IMG/VR virus record: IMGVR_UViG_2721755587_000002
Length of the DNA stretch: 64,000 bases
Reading direction: 5' to 3' (one strand)
From: a virus
Lineage: Duplodnaviria; Caudoviricetes
Positions 35,925 through 45,371 of this stretch are shown piece after piece (positions within the stretch are counted from its first letter, which is position 1; every line of letters starts with the position of its first letter). A model generated the notes under the pieces. That model saw only the letters and a program-made list of their open reading frames with translations. It did no database searches and was not told the DNA's origin. The position numbers were made by a program, and so were the translations under genes.

Positions 35925-36320
35925 ATGCTCACAGACGCACAACTGACCGACGTCCGTCGCTACATGGGCTACCCGCTCACCGGGACGACAATGCCCATTA
36001 CCGACTATCAGGACGTGGTGTACGGCTCGTTCGGCATGGTTGTGATGTCGCTGCACCAGCGCTTGACGACGCTGTCCGCGAGCGAAGAGGCCGTTCTGAT
36101 CAATACCTACCTGACGAACCTGGCCACGCTCGAGAGCGCCATTCCGGCGGTCAGCGACAACCTGGACACCGACCAGGCGGCAGTGTGGAAGCACAACGCA
36201 CGCGAGCAGGCCGACCGGGACCGGTTGTTCGACTCGTGGCGCCGGCGCTTGTGCGAATTCATCGGGTTCGCGCCTGGGCCGGTGTTGGGCCGCGGTGGTA
36301 TTTCCATCGCAAGGGGATAG
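35925..36320 (+). CDS. Head-tail adaptor (putative)
   Basis: Position; LTDAQLTDVRRYMGY. Confidence 0.7.
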   Translation: MLTDAQLTDVRRYMGYPLTGTTMPITDYQDVVYGSFGMVVMSLHQRLTTLSASEEAVLINTYLTNLATLESAIPAVSDNLDTDQAAVWKHNAREQADRDRLFDSWRRRLCEFIGFAPGPVLGRGGISIARG

Positions 36321-36329
36321 GAGAGCGCT

Positions 36330-36773
36330 GTGACAACGATCGCATGGGACGGAACGACGCTCGCCGCCGACCGCTGCTCCTGGTCTGGCGGCGTGCGCCG
36401 GCGCGTCCGCAAGATCTACCGGGTGAGGGCACCTGGCGGGCGCGTGTTCCTCGTCGCCTTCTGCGGCAACGGCGATTTCGCCATTGCCATCCTGGCCTGG
36501 ATGCGCGGCGGGGACCGCCCCGACCCGGCGCATTTCGACGTCGACAAGACCAGCACCTGCGCTGTCGTCATCGACGAGCGCGGCGGCGTGTGGCAGCTGT
36601 CAGGCGCGCTCTCCTACGGGTGCCGCATGCGGGAGAGGATTTTCGCCCAGGGCGCTGGCCATGAGTTCGCCTGGGGTGCGCTAGAGGCGGGCGCGACGGC
36701 GCGCCAGGCTGTTTTGATCGCGGCCAAGCGCAGCGACTATGCCGCGCTCGGTGTCGACAGCGTGAGGTTCTGA
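36330..36773 (+). CDS. HslV/proteasome-beta-like N-terminal-Thr hydrolase
   Basis: (M)TTIAWDG..LAAD, conserved K in VRKI, FAQGAG..AWGALEAGATARQAV. Confidence 0.7.
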   Translation: MTTIAWDGTTLAADRCSWSGGVRRRVRKIYRVRAPGGRVFLVAFCGNGDFAIAILAWMRGGDRPDPAHFDVDKTSTCAVVIDERGGVWQLSGALSYGCRMRERIFAQGAGHEFAWGALEAGATARQAVLIAAKRSDYAALGVDSVRF

Positions 36774-37423
36774 TGGACGCAGCCAAGCTTCAGGACCGGA
36801 TCTATGTCGGCTACGCAAAGGCGGCGAAGCGCATCGGCTATGTCTACGACGTCTACCGGCCGGCCAGCGCGGCCAACCCGCTGACGGCTAAGGTGGCGAG
36901 CCTCAACGCCTCGTTCAGCGCGCAGGAATGGACGTACACGAAGGCGAATTTACCCAGCAAGCCGTTCTGGTATTGCCTCATGGACGGGCGCGAAACCCAG
37001 CTGGGCGACTACCTGGTGTACGGCCAGTCGGTGCACTTCATCGCCGGCATGCAGTCGGAGCTGCCGATCCTGACGGTGGAGTGCAACGCGCGGGTGTGGG
37101 TGACGCGCCCCATGGCCTCCAGCGGCTTCGGCGCGCAAGGCTATTCATGCAGCAGCGCGCACACCGACGATTACGTGCTTGGGACCCAGAACGGCGCCGG
37201 CTGGCCCGCTTCGATCCTGTTTGGATCCCGGACGCTGCGCCACCAATTGCTGCCGACCTCGGCTGATGAGCACGGTTACCAGATCTTGCTGCCAATGAGC
37301 AACCCGATTGCGCTGCTTGCTGGTGACGTCATCACCGACGATCTCGCGCGCCGCTTCATGGTCGCGGGCGCAGAGCGTAACGGGCAGCTTTGGCGACTTG
37401 ATATGACCGAATTGCACGCATAG
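36773..37423 (+). CDS. Head closure/neck protein (putative)
   Basis: Position in the structural operon. Confidence 0.65.
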   Translation: MDAAKLQDRIYVGYAKAAKRIGYVYDVYRPASAANPLTAKVASLNASFSAQEWTYTKANLPSKPFWYCLMDGRETQLGDYLVYGQSVHFIAGMQSELPILTVECNARVWVTRPMASSGFGAQGYSCSSAHTDDYVLGTQNGAGWPASILFGSRTLRHQLLPTSADEHGYQILLPMSNPIALLAGDVITDDLARRFMVAGAERNGQLWRLDMTELHA

Positions 37424-37443
37424 CGCAGCGGCGGAGGGATCTG

Positions 37444-38361
37444 ATGGCAGATGTCCAGGATGTTATGGACACGCTGGTGGCGAAGATTGCCGGCGTTGTG
37501 TACCCGAATGGCACAAGCCAGCCGCCAGTAGGGGGCGCTGGTGTGCGCGTGTATCCAGGCTGGCCGATCGCGCCGCAGCTCACCGCTGATATCGCGCTTG
37601 GCATCGTTCATGTGAGCGTATTTCCGGCCGGTCCGGACCGTAATGTCACGCGGTATGCCCCGAAGCAGCACGTCATGGCCGTGCACCCGCCGACGCTGAC
37701 GCTGGTGGGCTCGGCCAACACCGTGACGGTGGGCGGCGCGATGCCATCGCCGTTCCGGCCGCACAACATGGCGGTGCTCATCGAGGGGCGCGCCTTCATC
37801 TACCCGGTCCAGGCGTTGGACACGCTGACCACGATCGCGAGCAGCCTGGCGGCGCTGATCGGCGCCGTGTATCCCGGAACGAGTAGCAGCGGTCCGGTGG
37901 TGAGTATCAACGATGCGGACCTGGTCTTTACATCTGGCGGCATGCAGGTGGTCGACGGGCAGTCGGACGCGATCATTGCCAACGTCGCCCCGGTACCCCC
38001 CTCAGTCGCACGTGTCGGGTCCACCGGCACCGTAACCACCGAGTGGGAGCGGCAGGCGCAGCTATTCCGGATCACGGTCTGGGCACCTGATTGCTCTTCG
38101 CGCAAGGCCGTGGGCGATGCCATCAAGGTCGCGCTGGCGCAGATTTCGTTCCTGACGATGGTTGACGGCTTCGGCGCGCGGATCCTCTATAAGGGCAACC
38201 GGTTGAGCGACGAGGCCGAGAAGGAACGGATCTACCGTCGCGATTTCACATACGAGATTGAATACGCGACCACGGCCAGCCAGGAGATCGCCACGGTCGT
38301 TGCGACTGCCGTTCAATTCGAAGACATGCAGGGCGGCCTGATCGCCTCGCGCACTTACTAG
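37444..38361 (+). CDS. Tail completion/terminator protein (putative)
   Basis: Position before the sheath gene; VRVYPGWP, YRRDFTYEIEY. Confidence 0.65.
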   Translation: MADVQDVMDTLVAKIAGVVYPNGTSQPPVGGAGVRVYPGWPIAPQLTADIALGIVHVSVFPAGPDRNVTRYAPKQHVMAVHPPTLTLVGSANTVTVGGAMPSPFRPHNMAVLIEGRAFIYPVQALDTLTTIASSLAALIGAVYPGTSSSGPVVSINDADLVFTSGGMQVVDGQSDAIIANVAPVPPSVARVGSTGTVTTEWERQAQLFRITVWAPDCSSRKAVGDAIKVALAQISFLTMVDGFGARILYKGNRLSDEAEKERIYRRDFTYEIEYATTASQEIATVVATAVQFEDMQGGLIASRTY

Positions 38362-38370
38362 GAGCCGTCT

Positions 38371-38571
38371 ATGGCAACCGACAAGAAAGACCCCGTGCCG
38401 GCGCTGCCGGCGACCCTGGAAGAGAGTGTGGCCAGGCCCGATTTTCACCTGGTCGTGGTGCACCCGTTCGGCAGCTACAGCCGCGGCGCTGCATTGACCG
38501 GCGCCGACGAGATCGCGACCATTTTGGCCGGCGAGAACGCGCACCACTGTCGCCGGGTCTTCCCGCAGTAA
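38371..38571 (+). CDS. Small virion-region protein
   Basis: AGGAG SD. Confidence 0.7.
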   Translation: MATDKKDPVPALPATLEESVARPDFHLVVVHPFGSYSRGAALTGADEIATILAGENAHHCRRVFPQ

Positions 38572-38593
38572 CCCCTTTCCCATTCCGTAAAGC

Positions 38594-38613
38594 GCCGCCT
38601 TCGGGCGGTTTTT
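38594..38613 (+). terminator. Intrinsic terminator
   Basis: GCCGCC-TTCG-GGCGGT followed by T4. Confidence 0.7.
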
Positions 38614-38632
38614 GCATTTCTGGAGCCTCTAC

Positions 38633-40627
38633 ATGAGCGGCACGATGATTTACCAGTACGGCCAGCTGAACACGGCCGGCGCGATGGCGCCCGGCGCCTA
38701 CGTGCAGATCGTCCAGCCACCGCCGGTGGTGGCAGGTGTGGCAACGAACGGTTACGGCCTCGTCGGTGTTGCCTCGTGGGGCCCGGTGAACAGCCCTATG
38801 CTGACCGGCTCGCCGCAGGCCAACCAGGCGAACTGGGGGCCGCAGACGGTGCGTCAGCGTGACCTGGCAACGGCCATTGCGATCGCGTTCCAGCTCGGCC
38901 AATACAACAATACCGGCGTGCGCGTCAGCGACGGCACCGATACCGCAGCGTCGGGCCAGCTCAAGGACGGCGCGAGCGTCGTGGGCGCCACGCTGACGGG
39001 TTTCTATACCGGCTCACTGGGCAACAGCCTGGTGGCCACGCCCGCGGCTGGCACCAAGCCGAACAGCTACAAGGTGACGCTGGCGCTGCCGGGATTCTCG
39101 CCGGAGGTCTTCGATAACGTCACCCAGGGCATCAGCGGCGCCACCGTCACTGCCGGCACCGGCTACACCTCGGTCCCCGCGGCTACCGTCTCCGCGCCGC
39201 AGTTGGCCGGCGGCGTGCAGGCGGTGGTGGCGCCTACCTTGGCCGTGGTCTCGGCGAACGTCACCGGCGGGGGTGCCAGCGGCGGCACCGGCTATGTCAC
39301 GAACGACACCATCACGATGCCCAATGGCGTGGTGCTGAGGGTCACGGCGTCGAGCGGCATCATCTCCACCCTGACGGTCGTCAACGGCGGCTCGCTCTCG
39401 GGCGGCTCGGTGCCGACCAACCCGGCGGCCCCAACCTCGACTTCTAGCGCCGGCACCGGCGCGCTGGTGAATCTCGTCTGGGGGCTGGGGCAGCCCCAGA
39501 TCGTGAACCCGGGCAGCGGCTACACCAGCGCCACGCTGACGCTGAATGGCGGCGGTGGTGGCACCGGCGGCTCGATCACGCTGGCCGCGAGCGTCTGGCT
39601 GAACCTGGTCAATGCCATCAACAACGGCCAGTCCGGCGTGCGCGGGCCTTCGCAGTTGTGCGTGGCCACCGTCGGCACGTCTGCCGCCGTGCCCGCGTTG
39701 ACGGCCGTCACCCTGGCCGGCGGCACGGACGGCGCGTCTGGCGTCACCGACGCACTGCAGATCGGTTCGAACAGCATGCCGGCCACCGGCATGTACGCGC
39801 TGCAGAGCACCGGGGTGCAGACCGTCAACCTGGTGGATCACCAGACGCAGAGCCAATGGAGCACCCTGGGGCTGTTCTGCCAGCAGTACGGGATGTTCGG
39901 TGCGGCGCAGGGGCAGCCCGGACAGTCCATCGCGACCGTCGCCACGGCGCTGGCAACTGCCGGCGCCGACACCTACGGCCTAAAGTGCTTGGTTGGCGAC
40001 TGGGTGTACTGGAACGATACGGTCAACGGCCAGCAGCGCTTGCTGGGGCCGGCCACCTTCTGGGGCCCGATGCGCGCCAACTTGGCGCCGAACCAGTCGA
40101 CGCTGAACAAGCCGGTGATGGGGATCATCGGCACCCAGCGCTCGGTGCAGAACTCGCCGTACGCTGGGCCGGAAACGCTCGCCGCGGTGCAGGGGCGCCT
40201 GGACTTCCTGGCCAACCCGTCGCCGGGCGGCAACTACTTCGCGTTCCAGACCGACCGCAACACGTCCAGCTATGCCGCCACCAACAGCGAGGCGTACACG
40301 ACCATGACGAACTTCCTCGCGTTGACGCTGGCGGCGAACTTCGGCTACGTGGTGGGTAACCCGCAGACGGTGGACCTGCGCCAGGGCGTCAATGACGCCA
40401 TTACGGCATGGCTGAACCGGCTGTGGCTGGTCGACAAGTACATCGGCGATGTGAACAACCCCACCAAGGTGCCGTTCAAGGTCACACTGAATGGGTCCAA
40501 CAACCCGGATGCGGCTGTGTCGACGGGTCTGATGCAGTGCCTGGCGCAGGTCAAGTTCCTGTCCATCGTGCGCGAATTCCTGATCTCGCTGCAGGGTGGC
40601 TCGACCGTCAACGTCAGCGTGAACTGA
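38633..40627 (+). CDS. Contractile tail sheath protein
   Basis: PGAYVQ..GLVGVASWGPVNSP, LAGGTDG and sheath-type C-terminus. Confidence 0.92.
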   Translation: MSGTMIYQYGQLNTAGAMAPGAYVQIVQPPPVVAGVATNGYGLVGVASWGPVNSPMLTGSPQANQANWGPQTVRQRDLATAIAIAFQLGQYNNTGVRVSDGTDTAASGQLKDGASVVGATLTGFYTGSLGNSLVATPAAGTKPNSYKVTLALPGFSPEVFDNVTQGISGATVTAGTGYTSVPAATVSAPQLAGGVQAVVAPTLAVVSANVTGGGASGGTGYVTNDTITMPNGVVLRVTASSGIISTLTVVNGGSLSGGSVPTNPAAPTSTSSAGTGALVNLVWGLGQPQIVNPGSGYTSATLTLNGGGGGTGGSITLAASVWLNLVNAINNGQSGVRGPSQLCVATVGTSAAVPALTAVTLAGGTDGASGVTDALQIGSNSMPATGMYALQSTGVQTVNLVDHQTQSQWSTLGLFCQQYGMFGAAQGQPGQSIATVATALATAGADTYGLKCLVGDWVYWNDTVNGQQRLLGPATFWGPMRANLAPNQSTLNKPVMGIIGTQRSVQNSPYAGPETLAAVQGRLDFLANPSPGGNYFAFQTDRNTSSYAATNSEAYTTMTNFLALTLAANFGYVVGNPQTVDLRQGVNDAITAWLNRLWLVDKYIGDVNNPTKVPFKVTLNGSNNPDAAVSTGLMQCLAQVKFLSIVREFLISLQGGSTVNVSVN

Positions 40628-40646
40628 TCGACCAACAACGCTTCAC

Positions 40647-40675
40647 GAGCCCGCCGCGCGCGGGCTTCTTGTTTT
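40647..40675 (+). terminator. Intrinsic terminator
   Basis: GAGCCCGC/GCGGGCTT stem followed by a T-rich tail. Confidence 0.6.
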
Positions 40676-40689
40676 CATAGGAGCCGCAT

Positions 40690-41130
40690 ATGGCGGGCAA
40701 CAATACCTTTAACGTCGGGCGAGATGGATACCAGATCACGATCATCGACTCGAATGCCGGACCCGTGAGTTTTAGTGGGATCACCAGCTTCGAGGCGAAG
40801 CCGGCGTTCGTGAAGCTCAAGAGCGTCAACGTGAACGGACGCATCATCCATCGCAACGTGCCGGATGGCCACTCTGGCACCCTCGAACTGGACCGTCAGG
40901 ACTCGTCGTTCGACGACTACTTCGCGAATGTCGAAGCGAACTACTTCGCAGGGCTGCCGCCCGGCGCGGTGTTCATCACTCATACCATCAACGAACTGGA
41001 TGGCAGCGTCAGCCAGTGGCAGTACTCGGACGTCGCGCTTGCGCCGGAAGACGCGGGCACGTGGAAGGGTCAAGACAAGGTCACCGAACGCATGACGTTC
41101 GACGCTGGCCGCAAAATCAGGATCGCATAA
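40690..41130 (+). CDS. Tail tube protein
   Basis: 146 aa, beta-rich, follows the sheath gene. Confidence 0.8.
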   Translation: MAGNNTFNVGRDGYQITIIDSNAGPVSFSGITSFEAKPAFVKLKSVNVNGRIIHRNVPDGHSGTLELDRQDSSFDDYFANVEANYFAGLPPGAVFITHTINELDGSVSQWQYSDVALAPEDAGTWKGQDKVTERMTFDAGRKIRIA

Positions 41131-41510
41131 TGCACGCCAAAGTCACCGTCAACCCCACCCCCCAAACGCCGTCTGAACAGGTCGTGCGGCCCGCGACGGA
41201 CGTCAGCACGGAAGACGCGCGCGGACGCGTCATCGTGCTGCGCAAGCCGAATCCCATTACCAAGCTGCGTTTCATCGAGGCCATGGGGCCGTCGTCGAAC
41301 AACCCGCTCTGGGCTAGCACCGTCTGGCCGCTGATGTTCGTGGCTTCGATCGACGGGCAGCCCGTCCCGACGCCGGCCAACAAGGCCCAGATCGAGGCCC
41401 TGTACCTACGGCTAGACGAGGACGGTCACGACGCGGTCGTGAAGGCCCACGCCGAGCATTTCAATGCCGGTGACGCGGACGTCGACGAGGACCTCGTAAA
41501 AAAATCGTAG
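41130..41510 (+). CDS. Tail assembly chaperone (gpG-like)
   Basis: TAATG coupling; ends in slippery A AAA AAA. Confidence 0.8.
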   Translation: MHAKVTVNPTPQTPSEQVVRPATDVSTEDARGRVIVLRKPNPITKLRFIEAMGPSSNNPLWASTVWPLMFVASIDGQPVPTPANKAQIEALYLRLDEDGHDAVVKAHAEHFNAGDADVDEDLVKKS

Positions 41511-41692
41511 GCGACCCCGGGACGCGCCAGTCGCTATGGCTGGCGCGCCACGGCGTGCCGTTTGATGTGGCTTTCAGCATCGACGACACGACGCGCACAG
41601 CGTGGTCGATCATCTGTTCCGAGCATAGCAACAATACGCGCTTCAACTTCTCAACCCGCAAGTACGAGAAGCTCGCCCAGGACAGCACGTGA
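41498..41692 (+). other. Programmed -1 frameshift and gpGT-like extension
   Basis: A7 at 41498-504; the -1 frame is open (IVGDPGTRQSLWLARHGVPFDVAF...KLAQDST*) and ends at a GTGA overlap with the next gene. Confidence 0.8.
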
Positions 41693-42168
41693 AAGAGTTC
41701 AAGAGCTTCGGCGCCTTCGCGACGCACCTCGCGCGCCTGGCGGCAACCTCTGAGGTGGTCACGCACCACATCGTCGACAAGGCGGCCGAGGAGATTCAGA
41801 AGACCGCGCAGGGGATCATCGGGGACTATCAGGATGCCGTCGGGCCTTATCCGGCATGGGAAGAACTGGCCGAGTCGACGCAGGCCGAGCGGTCGCGCCT
41901 GGGCTATTCCGAAAACGATCCCGGCTACCGCGACGGCAAGATGCAGCGCTCGATCGAGCGCACCGTCGAGGGCAATGAAGCTGTCGTGGGTTCGAATGAC
42001 CCGCACCTGGTGTGGTTCGACCAGGGCACTCCCCACCAGCCGCCGCGGCCGGTCATGGGGCCTGCCGCACTGCACAGCGAGGGGAGGGTGAAGGCCATCA
42101 TCGGCGCCACCGCGTTCGCATGGCTGGCCGGTCGCGGCTGGATGCGGCCCCGGATCAAGTCCTCTTGA
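41689..42168 (+). CDS. Virion morphogenesis protein (HK97 gp10-like)
   Basis: WEELAEST, GKMQRSI, GSND..QGT..PPRP. Confidence 0.75.
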   Translation: MKEFKSFGAFATHLARLAATSEVVTHHIVDKAAEEIQKTAQGIIGDYQDAVGPYPAWEELAESTQAERSRLGYSENDPGYRDGKMQRSIERTVEGNEAVVGSNDPHLVWFDQGTPHQPPRPVMGPAALHSEGRVKAIIGATAFAWLAGRGWMRPRIKSS

Positions 42169-42412
42169 AGTAGATGAAGAGGAAGACCAGGTAGGCGATC
42201 GACAGGTACACGCCGATGACCGGGATAAACAGCATCAGGGGCGGCGGAATCATGGCGACGGCGATCGGCATGCGCGGTCGCTCAATCCACAAGCGGCGCA
42301 GGCCAGTCGGGCGGTTGTCCAGCGGGAATGCGCGCGGCGACGGGTATTGGATGAATGAAAAGTGCTCTGCGAGACACTCATGAATCCGGTAGCGGGTTTT
42401 GGAATCCAGCAT
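42155..42412 (-). CDS. Small membrane protein (counter-oriented)
   Basis: C-terminal TM segment LMLFIPVIGVYLSIAYLVFLFIYF. Confidence 0.6.
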   Translation of the reverse strand: MLDSKTRYRIHECLAEHFSFIQYPSPRAFPLDNRPTGLRRLWIERPRMPIAVAMIPPPLMLFIPVIGVYLSIAYLVFLFIYFKRT

Positions 42413-42460
42413 GATGCTGTGCGCCGAGAGCCATAAAACAACCAGTATAGGCGGCACAAA

Positions 42461-44398
42461 ATGATTGATGCATACGCAATCGGCACAACGCTGAAGTTGC
42501 ACGACCACATTACGCCGCAACTGCTCAAGCTCTCGCAGGAATTCGCCAAGGTCGACAAGCTGGCGCTGCAGGTCAACAAGCGCCTGAAGACGATGGGCGC
42601 CGAGGTGGTTGGCGTGCGCAATCTCGCCGCCGCGGCGCGCCAACTAAACACGGGGCTGCGCGGCATCGCCGACCAGGCGCTGCGGGCCGAGCGCAACCTA
42701 TACAGCATTCGCGGCGCCATCCCAAGCGGCGGCATTGGACTGGAAGCCGAGCTGGTGCGTGCGAACGCGCAGGCCGCTACGCTGCGAGCTCAGATCGCGG
42801 GCATGCGCGGCGCCGGCCGGGTGCCGGGCGGTGGCACCCCGATTCTGCCGGGCGCTGGCGGTGGTGGTGGTGGTGGTGGTGGTCGCCGCCCAGGCCACAT
42901 CCACGGCGGCAACATGCACGTCGGCCCGAATGGCTTCGGCATTGGCGGCGTGGGCATGGGCATGGCCACCAACATGCTGGTGCCGCTGGCCGCCACCGGC
43001 GCGACGATCTATGTCGGTCACAAGTTCTACGAGGCCGCCAAAGACTACGAAATGGCCTTCGCCCGGTTCCGCACACTGAACCTGGGCGAGAAGGTCAACA
43101 AGGATGCCGACGCGTTCGCGACAGGCACCAAGCAGTTCGGCGTCTCGATGACCGAGCGCATGACCATCCTGCGTGACATGCACGAGGTCATGGGCAGCTA
43201 TGAGGAGGCGAAGGCGGTCACGCCGCTGTTCTCGCGCATGCTGGCGGCCAACAAGGGGATCTTCGGCGAGGCTGGTAACAAGTTCGACACGAAGACCTTC
43301 CAGGCGCTGGGCAAGGTCATCGAGATGCGCGGTGGCACGTCCTCCGAAGCCGAGATGTTCCGGCAGGCGGACTTCGCACAGAAGACGCTCACCGGTTCCG
43401 CTGGCCTGGTCACCCCGTCCGATCTGCTGGCCTTCATGAAAACCGGCGGCGTGGCGACGCGCCTGCTGTCGAACAAGGCTTTCTACGAGGAATCGGCGCC
43501 GCTGATCCAGGAGATGGGCGGCTCGCGGTTCGGCACGGCGCTGATGAGCGCCCACCAGAACTTGGCCATGGGCCGCGGCTCGCTGAAGTCGATGAACGAG
43601 GCCGCACGCTTGGGGATCATCGACCCCCGCATGATCGAGTACACCAAGATCGGCACGATCAAGCAGGTGCTGCCGGGTGCGCTGACCAACGACGACCTAT
43701 ACAACAAGTCGAAATTCGAGTGGCTCAAGCAGGTCCTGATTCCGGCCATTCGCGCCAAGGGCGTGCGCGGCAAGGATGGGCTCATCACTGGCGACGCCAT
43801 CACCGATGACCAGATCGTGAACGAGCTGAACACCCTGTTCAGCCAGCGCACGGCTAGCAATGCGTTTGCGCAGATGTTCCTGCAGCAGCACAAGATCGAG
43901 AAGAACATCGCGGTCACCGAGGGCGCGATGGGGATCAAGGAACTGGAAGATCAGTACAAGAAGTCTCCCGCCGGCGCCGAGGCGGAATTCAATGCGGCAT
44001 GGACCGACTTCAAGACGGAGTTCGGCAAGAACATGCTGCCGGCTATCAGTGGAATGTTGACAACTGGCGCGAGCATCTTGCGGAAGATCGCCGACATCGG
44101 AAAGCCGAACCAGGCCGACGTCGAGCTATATCGCGGCGCGCGATTGACTCCGTCCGCGCAGGCGCGCTTAGGGGAGGTGAGTGGCGATCAGAACGATCGT
44201 CGCGCCGCCTCTCTTGCCGATCAATCGGTATCGGCGCGCGGTGCCAGCAGCGATAAGGACATCCACTGGACCGTCAATCTGGATGGCCGCAAGGTCGCGC
44301 AGGGCGTGACGCCCTACATCGCGGCGCAACTGGGCCTGTCGACCAACACCGGCGGCATTGACAGCCACCTGAGCCTGCCGATGCCCGGCTTGAGGTAA
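42461..44398 (+). CDS. Tail tape measure protein
   Basis: 645 aa, helical, A/G-rich; follows the chaperones. Confidence 0.85.
   Translation: MIDAYAIGTTLKLHDHITPQLLKLSQEFAKVDKLALQVNKRLKTMGAEVVGVRNLAAAARQLNTGLRGIADQALRAERNLYSIRGAIPSGGIGLEAELVRANAQAATLRAQIAGMRGAGRVPGGGTPILPGAGGGGGGGGGRRPGHIHGGNMHVGPNGFGIGGVGMGMATNMLVPLAATGATIYVGHKFYEAAKDYEMAFARFRTLNLGEKVNKDADAFATGTKQFGVSMTERMTILRDMHEVMGSYEEAKAVTPLFSRMLAANKGIFGEAGNKFDTKTFQALGKVIEMRGGTSSEAEMFRQADFAQKTLTGSAGLVTPSDLLAFMKTGGVATRLLSNKAFYEESAPLIQEMGGSRFGTALMSAHQNLAMGRGSLKSMNEAARLGIIDPRMIEYTKIGTIKQVLPGALTNDDLYNKSKFEWLKQVLIPAIRAKGVRGKDGLITGDAITDDQIVNELNTLFSQRTASNAFAQMFLQQHKIEKNIAVTEGAMGIKELEDQYKKSPAGAEAEFNAAWTDFKTEFGKNMLPAISGMLTTGASILRKIADIGKPNQADVELYRGARLTPSAQARLGEVSGDQNDRRAASLADQSVSARGASSDKDIHWTVNLDGRKVAQGVTPYIAAQLGLSTNTGGIDSHLSLPMPGLR
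42860..42883 (+). repeat. (GGT)8 repeat encoding poly-Gly
   Basis: Read directly from the sequence. Confidence 0.9.
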
Positions 44399-44402
44399 CG
44401 CT

Positions 44403-45365
44403 ATGACTACCCTAATCCTTGGTGATTTTGTCTTCCAGGACTTCGAGGTGCCCGAGGAGATTTCCTTCGGCGGTTCGCAGCGCCTAGCAATCAAGAAGAT
44501 GGTTGGCGGCGTGCGGGACATCCAAGCCCTAGGCGCGGACCCGAAGCCGATTGCCTGGTCTGGCATCTTCATGCCGACGGAGGACGGCCAGTCGGCGCTC
44601 GATCGCGCGCGTCTGCTTGAGGCCATGCGCGACGCCGGGCTGCCTGTCGCGCTGGAACTGGACGAGATCTACAAGCTGGTCTACATCCGGGACTTCGACC
44701 CGGATTTGCGGTTCGGCAGGATTCCGTACCGGATTGCCCTTGAGGTGCTGAAGGACCTGGCCGCGCCGGTCAGCGACGACACCGCGCCGGATGCAGATGA
44801 CCTGATCAACGGCGACCTGGATGCCGCCAACGGGCTGGCCGACAGTATCGGCGACAGCGGGCTTTCTGGCCTAATGGCGAACGTCACCAGCGCGGTCGGT
44901 CAGGTTAGAAGCTTCGTGGGCGCATCGCTGAGCACCATCGCATCGGTACTGCAGCCTATCAACGCCGCTGTGCGCAGCGTGAGCTCGCTGATCGCCACGA
45001 CCGATTCGGTGCTGGCCAGCGTGGGCGTGCCGGCGGGCGTGCTGCCCTCCGTGCCGCTGGCCGGGAACATCGCGCGCTTCACGGCGCAACTGAACGCGAC
45101 GGCCATGCAGCTTCCGCTGGTGCAGCTGCAGGGTGTGTTGGGCCGCATGTCCACCAACCTCGCGCAGATCAATTCCAGTGGGCGCTCGATCACGGTTGGC
45201 GGTGGCAACCTGTTCGATATCGCTTCGAAGGAATACGGTGACGCCACGGGCTGGACGCAGATCGCCCAGGCCAACAACATCACCGACCCGGAACTGCCAG
45301 GCATCACGACTCTGATCATCCCTCCGTACAGCAGCGGCGCGGGTGGCGGCGTACTCAGTGCATAG
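44403..45365 (+). CDS. Tail tube initiator with C-terminal LysM-like domain
   Basis: LILGDFVF..FEVPE; NLFDIASKEYGDATGWTQIAQANNI. Confidence 0.8.
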   Translation: MTTLILGDFVFQDFEVPEEISFGGSQRLAIKKMVGGVRDIQALGADPKPIAWSGIFMPTEDGQSALDRARLLEAMRDAGLPVALELDEIYKLVYIRDFDPDLRFGRIPYRIALEVLKDLAAPVSDDTAPDADDLINGDLDAANGLADSIGDSGLSGLMANVTSAVGQVRSFVGASLSTIASVLQPINAAVRSVSSLIATTDSVLASVGVPAGVLPSVPLAGNIARFTAQLNATAMQLPLVQLQGVLGRMSTNLAQINSSGRSITVGGGNLFDIASKEYGDATGWTQIAQANNITDPELPGITTLIIPPYSSGAGGGVLSA

Positions 45366-45371
45366 CGACCC

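Noticed and set aside
30480-36533. Long minus-strand ORFs over the terminase, portal and coat genes
   Set aside because: Antisense shadows of conserved structural genes.
42860-42883. (GGT)8 as a phase-variation switch
   Set aside because: A triplet repeat preserves the frame; it only alters poly-Gly linker length.
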